Of a DNA stretch of 64,000 nucleotides, positions 59,421 to 64,000 are shown piece by piece. Position 1 is the stretch's first letter. Each line of letters opens with the position of its first letter. This DNA comes from Bacilli bacterium (lineage in GTDB: Bacteria; Bacillota_I; Bacilli_A; RFN20; CAG-826). Below the pieces are notes generated by a model that saw only the letters and a program-made list of their open reading frames with translations, ran no database searches and had not been told where the DNA came from. Position numbers and translations under genes: made by a program. Location: assembly GCA_024408105.1 (NCBI GenBank), contig JAKSVG010000001.1, positions 50,854-114,853 of the forward strand, given 5' to 3'.

Positions 59421-61748
59421 TTAGTCATTCCAAAATTTTTTAACTGTTCTATTAACATCTTCTGGGCATGTTACTACTATGTAGTCATTCCATTCGTTTT
59501 TAAACAAATCCCTATAGGTTGAATTCATATATCTTTCGTCAATTAGCAAAGCAACTCCTCGGTCAGATTCACTTCTAATTACTCTTCCGACTGCTTGCAT
59601 AACCTTATTCATCCCTGGATTAATGTAACTATAGTTGTAACCTTTATTATTTTCTTTATCAAAGAACTCGCGAATCTTTTCTTTCTCAAAGCATATTTGT
59701 GGTAATCCAACACCAACTACAACAACGCCAATAAGTCTATCACTCACAAGATCTATACCTTCTCCAAATGCTCCTCCGACTACAGCAAGACCAACAGTTG
59801 TAACTTTAGGCTTGTCGGTAAATAACGATAAAAAGTCGCGCTTATCAACTTCGCTCATATCTTTTTCTTGAACGATTAAATTTGCATCATCAAGATTTAA
59901 AACATTTTTCAAATTTTCAAGATATTCATAACTTGGAACATAAATAAAATAGTTTCCTATTTTGCCTTTAACAAACTCTTTGATGTATGATGCAACAACT
60001 TTATAAGTTGAATTTCTATCTTTATATTTTATTGAAACTTTTGGAGCAATCATTAAACACAAGTTTTCTTTTGGAAATGGCGACGGTAACATTAAAACAG
60101 GACTCTCACCGCTGCCACCAATCATATTGATATAGTAATCAATAGGAGAAAGGGTAGCAGAAAAAACTACTTTACTTCTCACTTTGTCCAATGATTTTCT
60201 TAAAAAATCGCTTGGGTTTAAGCACAACAAGCAAATCTTTGTATCGTTATCGCTTTTAGAGATGTAAAGGCAGAAGTTTTCGTTAAAATACTCAAGCAAA
60301 CGATTAAATCTAACTAAATCATGCGAAAATGAAACAAATTCATCTGTTATGAATTCATGATGATGTTTTGACACATCAATTGATGCTAAAAGATACGCTT
60401 CAATTGCATTCAGCGAGGTTTGGCTTAAAGATTCAATTATTGTTTCGCCATTTTCTAAATTGCTATATTCAGAAAATATCTTTGATATTCTTTTTATGGC
60501 ATTCTTAATCTTTTTATGTTCTAAGTGCTTTAATGAACGCTTTACTTTTTTAAATAGCGATTCACTAATAGATGAACTATACATTCCTCTGCCTCTTTCC
60601 ACAAGATTGTGCGCTTCATCAACTAAGACAGCCATTTTTGAGGCATCTTCATCAAAATAACGTTTCAAGTAAACCATCGGATCGAAGAAATAGTTATAAT
60701 CACAAATTATTATGTCAACATATAAAGACAAATCTAATGATAATTCAAATGGGCATATTCCTTTTTTGGATGCGATGCCTAAAATTACTTCACGTGAAAA
60801 TTCGTTATATGCTTTTATCGAATTAATTAATATCTTTCTGATTTTTGTGTAATAGCCTTTTGCATAAGGACATTCATCAGGATTGCAGGCTTTGCCTGGG
60901 CAATAACACATTTTGTCTTTTGCAGTTATTAGAATGTCACTTGCAATAAGACCATTTTTTCTCATAATTGAGACAGTTTGAAAAGCTGTTTCTTTGCCAG
61001 AGCCCTTCGCAGTTAAGTAGAAAATTTTATCATTGGTTTCATTAGCAAAACTTTTTGCATACGGATAAAGAGTTGAAATTGTCTTTCCAATGCCTGTTGG
61101 GGCTTCGCAGAATAATAAACCACCATCCTTGGCGATGCCATATGAGTATTTAGCTAATTTCTTTTGCCCTTTTCTAAAATTGTCGAATGGGAAAGTGAGT
61201 TTTTTTGCAGATTCATTTCTAATTATTGTTCGATTATAAATTAATTTATAAAAATCAAGGTATTCTATTAGAAGTTTATTTATATCGGTTTCTAATTTCG
61301 ATGTTTTGAATGTAAATTTCTTAATCATTCTTTCATCCGTTAATTGATGGATGTATGTAAGATTAATATTCACATGATCCAGTCCTTTTTCATGAGCGTA
61401 CATTAATGCATAGCATTTTGCTTGACCTAAATGCCATTCTTTCTGCTCATTAAAAAATGACTCTAGAGGGGAAATGGTTGATTTTATTTCATCAATCGTG
61501 ACCTCATTTTTATCTACGATAATTCCATCTGCTCTGCCTTCTAAAGATATTTTGAAGTCATCCACATCAAATGTTTCAAATAATTGGTATTCAGAAATAT
61601 AATTTTTGCCTTGTTTTGTTTGATAAAAGCTATGAATGCGTGTGCCTTCATTCATAGTAGTTTTATTAAAAACGCGATTATCGATATCGCCGGTTCTAAG
61701 CAAAAAATCAACTAACTGATGAACAGATAATTTCAAATTCTTATTCAT
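59421..61748 (-). CDS. PD-(D/E)xK (RecB/Cas4-like) nuclease domain fused to an FeS-cluster XPD/DinG-family SF2 helicase
   Basis: N-terminal about 170 aa carry GRADGII (D), IDEIKS (ExK) and QAKCYALMY (QxxxY). Then Walker A (APTGIGKT), four Cys (CYCPGKACNPDECPY) and DEAH (VDEAHNL). Confidence 0.7.
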   Translation of the reverse strand: MNKNLKLSVHQLVDFLLRTGDIDNRVFNKTTMNEGTRIHSFYQTKQGKNYISEYQLFETFDVDDFKISLEGRADGIIVDKNEVTIDEIKSTISPLESFFNEQKEWHLGQAKCYALMYAHEKGLDHVNINLTYIHQLTDERMIKKFTFKTSKLETDINKLLIEYLDFYKLIYNRTIIRNESAKKLTFPFDNFRKGQKKLAKYSYGIAKDGGLLFCEAPTGIGKTISTLYPYAKSFANETNDKIFYLTAKGSGKETAFQTVSIMRKNGLIASDILITAKDKMCYCPGKACNPDECPYAKGYYTKIRKILINSIKAYNEFSREVILGIASKKGICPFELSLDLSLYVDIIICDYNYFFDPMVYLKRYFDEDASKMAVLVDEAHNLVERGRGMYSSSISESLFKKVKRSLKHLEHKKIKNAIKRISKIFSEYSNLENGETIIESLSQTSLNAIEAYLLASIDVSKHHHEFITDEFVSFSHDLVRFNRLLEYFNENFCLYISKSDNDTKICLLCLNPSDFLRKSLDKVRSKVVFSATLSPIDYYINMIGGSGESPVLMLPSPFPKENLCLMIAPKVSIKYKDRNSTYKVVASYIKEFVKGKIGNYFIYVPSYEYLENLKNVLNLDDANLIVQEKDMSEVDKRDFLSLFTDKPKVTTVGLAVVGGAFGEGIDLVSDRLIGVVVVGVGLPQICFEKEKIREFFDKENNKGYNYSYINPGMNKVMQAVGRVIRSESDRGVALLIDERYMNSTYRDLFKNEWNDYIVVTCPEDVNRTVKKFWND

Positions 61749-61788
61749 AATTATATTTTATACAAAAAAAGACTAATTTAATAGTCTT

Positions 61789-62721
61789 TTATTTAAGAAT
61801 GATTCCGCTTAGGGATTTGTTTCCGTTAGCAAAACTCTTTCCGTCCATTTTTTTCTTTCCTTCAAGTTGAACAATATCAAGTTCTATCAGACCATCGATT
61901 AGCTGAAGTTTAATTGTTTTGTTAATATCAATTTTCCCAACCTCTCCTATTTGGTCACTAACTTTATGAGCTTTGAAAATTTTAAGTTTCTTTCCATCTA
62001 TATATAGATATGCTCCAGGCTCATCACTTAATCCCCTTATGTAATTTATAAATTCACATGAAGGTTTTGTTAAATCAAGTTTTTCATCTTCAGGTAAAAT
62101 TTTATCAGCAAAGGTCACAAGCGACTCGTCTTGACTGGCTCCTTGAAGATTTCCATTTAAATAATTTAACAAATTATTAATAGTAACATCTATTGCGGCA
62201 TCAGCTAGCTTATCACACAATGAACTATAATTATCATCTTTATCTATAACTACTTCTTTGATGGCAAACATGCGACCAGCGTCCATCTTGTCGATCATTT
62301 CCATAAGAGTTATGCCGGTTTTTTCTTCGCCATTTATAATTGCACGCTGAATGGGAGCTGCGCCTCTATATGACGGAAGAATTGAACCGTGAAGATTCAA
62401 ACAACCATAGGTTGGTATATCAAGCACAGTTTGAGGAACAATCTGCCCATAAGCCATTGTTAAAATCAAGTCAGGTTTCAAGTCTTTTAAAAAATCAAAA
62501 TCTTTTCTAATTCTGTGTGGCTGAAATACAGGTATTCCATACTTAAGAGCAATAGCCTTGGTCGGAACTGGTTCTAGTATAGCTTTTCTTCCTACAGGTT
62601 TATCTTCTTGAGCAACAAGGCCAACAAAGTTGAATCCATAATTAATTAATGCCTCAAAAACCTTTGCGGCAATGCTTGGTGTCCCCATAAAAACTAATCT
62701 ATATTCTTTCATTGTTTTCAT
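61789..62721 (-). CDS. fmt: Methionyl-tRNA formyltransferase
   Basis: Formyltransferase N-terminus (VFMGTP...) and C-terminal domain. The ORF-track start at 62760 is TTG. The ATG is at 62721 or 62712. Confidence 0.85.
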   Translation of the reverse strand: MKTMKEYRLVFMGTPSIAAKVFEALINYGFNFVGLVAQEDKPVGRKAILEPVPTKAIALKYGIPVFQPHRIRKDFDFLKDLKPDLILTMAYGQIVPQTVLDIPTYGCLNLHGSILPSYRGAAPIQRAIINGEEKTGITLMEMIDKMDAGRMFAIKEVVIDKDDNYSSLCDKLADAAIDVTINNLLNYLNGNLQGASQDESLVTFADKILPEDEKLDLTKPSCEFINYIRGLSDEPGAYLYIDGKKLKIFKAHKVSDQIGEVGKIDINKTIKLQLIDGLIELDIVQLEGKKKMDGKSFANGNKSLSGIILK

Positions 62722-62802
62722 AACGATAGTTATTATAAGAAAAACATTTAGTATTTTCAAATATTGAAAAAAGTTATAAGATTAAATTTCCGGAGGTTAT
62801 AT

Positions 62803-64000
62803 ATGTACTCTGAATACAAACAAGTTAAACAATTTTTCCAAAGTGCAGAAGATTTACTCAAAACATCCAAAACAATGGAAGATATTTTTTTAAGAGCAAC
62901 TTCTTTGCACAAAAAAGAAAAAGCCATTACATGGATTAATGAAAAAGGAAAAGTTTCATCTTTTAAATATAAACATTACAAAACATATTGTTTTGAATAT
63001 GCATCTAGAATTTCACAAAAATTAAAGGATTATCCTCTTGATTCTGTTGTTGCTCTAAAATTTCACAATTGCCCAGATTGGCCATTAGTGTTTTGGGGTA
63101 TTTTAATGAGTGGTTATATCCCATTCTTAATTGATGCAAAACTTCCAAAGGAAAATACAGAAGTTTTGCTAAAAGAATCACACGCTGTCGCCATAATAAC
63201 TCAGGAAATTGTTACATATTCTGTCACAAGTATAAACTTTAATTCTCTCAAAGATGTTAAAGTTAACTTTAAATTTGCAAATAAATGGGCAAATAATGTT
63301 ATTTTTTGTTCCTCTGGCACAACCGGAAATGTCAAATTAATGAAATATGATGGCAAAAACCTTTGCTATCAAATCGCAGCTGCAATTGATATGCCAGAAG
63401 AAACAAAGGATATTATGTATCCTGGTGAGATAAATATTCTCGCTATCATACCTTTCCATCACATTTTTGGCTTTGTTGCAGTCTTTCTATGGTACACATT
63501 CTTTGGTAAAAATATTGTTTTTACAAAAGATCTATCGCCAAAAGAGGTTGCAAATGTTTCTCAAAAATGTTCCGTTACTCACATATATAGTGTTCCACTA
63601 TTCTGGGATTCATTAGCTCAACAAGTTAATAGAAAAGCCGAGTTAGAAGGCGAAAAGAAAATGGATTTACTTGCAAAAATGATCGCTTTCCATACTCACA
63701 AAATTTCAAATGAAGAGGCTGGAATGGCTGCAAGCAATATTGCGCTAAATACAGTTCAATCACAACTCCTTGGTAAGAAAGTTAGATATTGTATTTCTGG
63801 TGGAGGTTATTTATCAGCTGACACATTAAATACCATTAATGGTATAGGATACAACTTATATAACGGCTTTGGCATGACTGAGGTTGGGGTTGTTTCTGTT
63901 GAATTATCGAGTTATGTTGAACAAAGACTTAAAGGTAGCATTGGAAAGCCGCTCCACGGAGTTACATATAAACTAGCAAACACAACAAAACTCGAACCTA
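62803..64000 (+). CDS. AMP-dependent synthetase/ligase (acyl/aryl-CoA ligase-like), 3'-truncated by the window edge
   Basis: ATG at 62803, 6 nt after GGAGG. The frame is open to nt 64000. Carries SSGTTGNVK (adenylation motif I) and GYNLYNGFGMTE (motif II-like). Confidence 0.75.
   Translation, partial: MYSEYKQVKQFFQSAEDLLKTSKTMEDIFLRATSLHKKEKAITWINEKGKVSSFKYKHYKTYCFEYASRISQKLKDYPLDSVVALKFHNCPDWPLVFWGILMSGYIPFLIDAKLPKENTEVLLKESHAVAIITQEIVTYSVTSINFNSLKDVKVNFKFANKWANNVIFCSSGTTGNVKLMKYDGKNLCYQIAAAIDMPEETKDIMYPGEINILAIIPFHHIFGFVAVFLWYTFFGKNIVFTKDLSPKEVANVSQKCSVTHIYSVPLFWDSLAQQVNRKAELEGEKKMDLLAKMIAFHTHKISNEEAGMAASNIALNTVQSQLLGKKVRYCISGGGYLSADTLNTINGIGYNLYNGFGMTEVGVVSVELSSYVEQRLKGSIGKPLHGVTYKLANTTKLEP

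Noticed and set aside
1-64000. Alternative genetic code (TGA as Trp), as in Mycoplasma and Spiroplasma
   Set aside because: Standard-code translation gives full-length orthologues throughout. Several genes terminate at TGA exactly where orthologues end, for example the lipoprotein at 17789-17791.
1-64000. CRISPR arrays, rRNA or tRNA genes, IS elements or transposases
   Set aside because: No regularly spaced direct repeats, no tRNA-like T-arm or acceptor signatures in the short intergenic regions, and no transposase-like ORFs were found. The only recombinase is Xer-type.

Overview
Low-GC (~30%) Firmicutes/Mollicutes-like chromosomal segment that uses the standard genetic code; full-length orthologues end at TGA, so TGA is a stop and not Trp. 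Most of the window is Bacillus-like housekeeping synteny. Recognised gene clusters: relA-hisS-aspS, tkt, asp23-nusB-xseAB-dxs, yqeG-yqeH-nadD/yqeK-rsfS, parC-parE/plsY/yneF/efp, the MEP-pathway genes ispG and ispH, trmK-sigA-dnaG-glyQS-recO-era-ybeY/cdd, rpsU, mtaB-rsmE, the CIRCE-controlled hrcA-grpE-dnaK-dnaJ operon, hemW, lepA and fmt. Gene orientation switches from + (1..18.6 kb) to - (18.8..62.8 kb). At that convergent switch sits a 28-bp site closely matching Firmicutes dif, which marks the replication terminus. A 19/20-nt copy of its XerD-arm/central part recurs 5.3 kb upstream, and the two copies bracket dinB, a Xer-family recombinase, deoB and a lipoprotein/permease pair. Non-canonical gene architectures: a C39 peptidase fused to a 6-TM domain with no ABC ATPase; a YbeY-Cdd fusion; a NadD-YqeK fusion; a PD-(D/E)xK nuclease fused to an FeS XPD/DinG-type helicase; and a pseudo-Fic protein inside the lepA operon. 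Three small ribosomal protein genes were found: rpmG and rpsU are missing from the ORF track, and rpmF is present in it. No CRISPR array, rRNA or tRNA gene was seen. I checked the proposed rpmG, rpsU, hrcA, yqeH, parE, dnaG and hisS starts against the sequence. The parC/parE versus gyrA/gyrB call rests on absence of a GyrA box and on synteny, and I cannot confirm it without a search.
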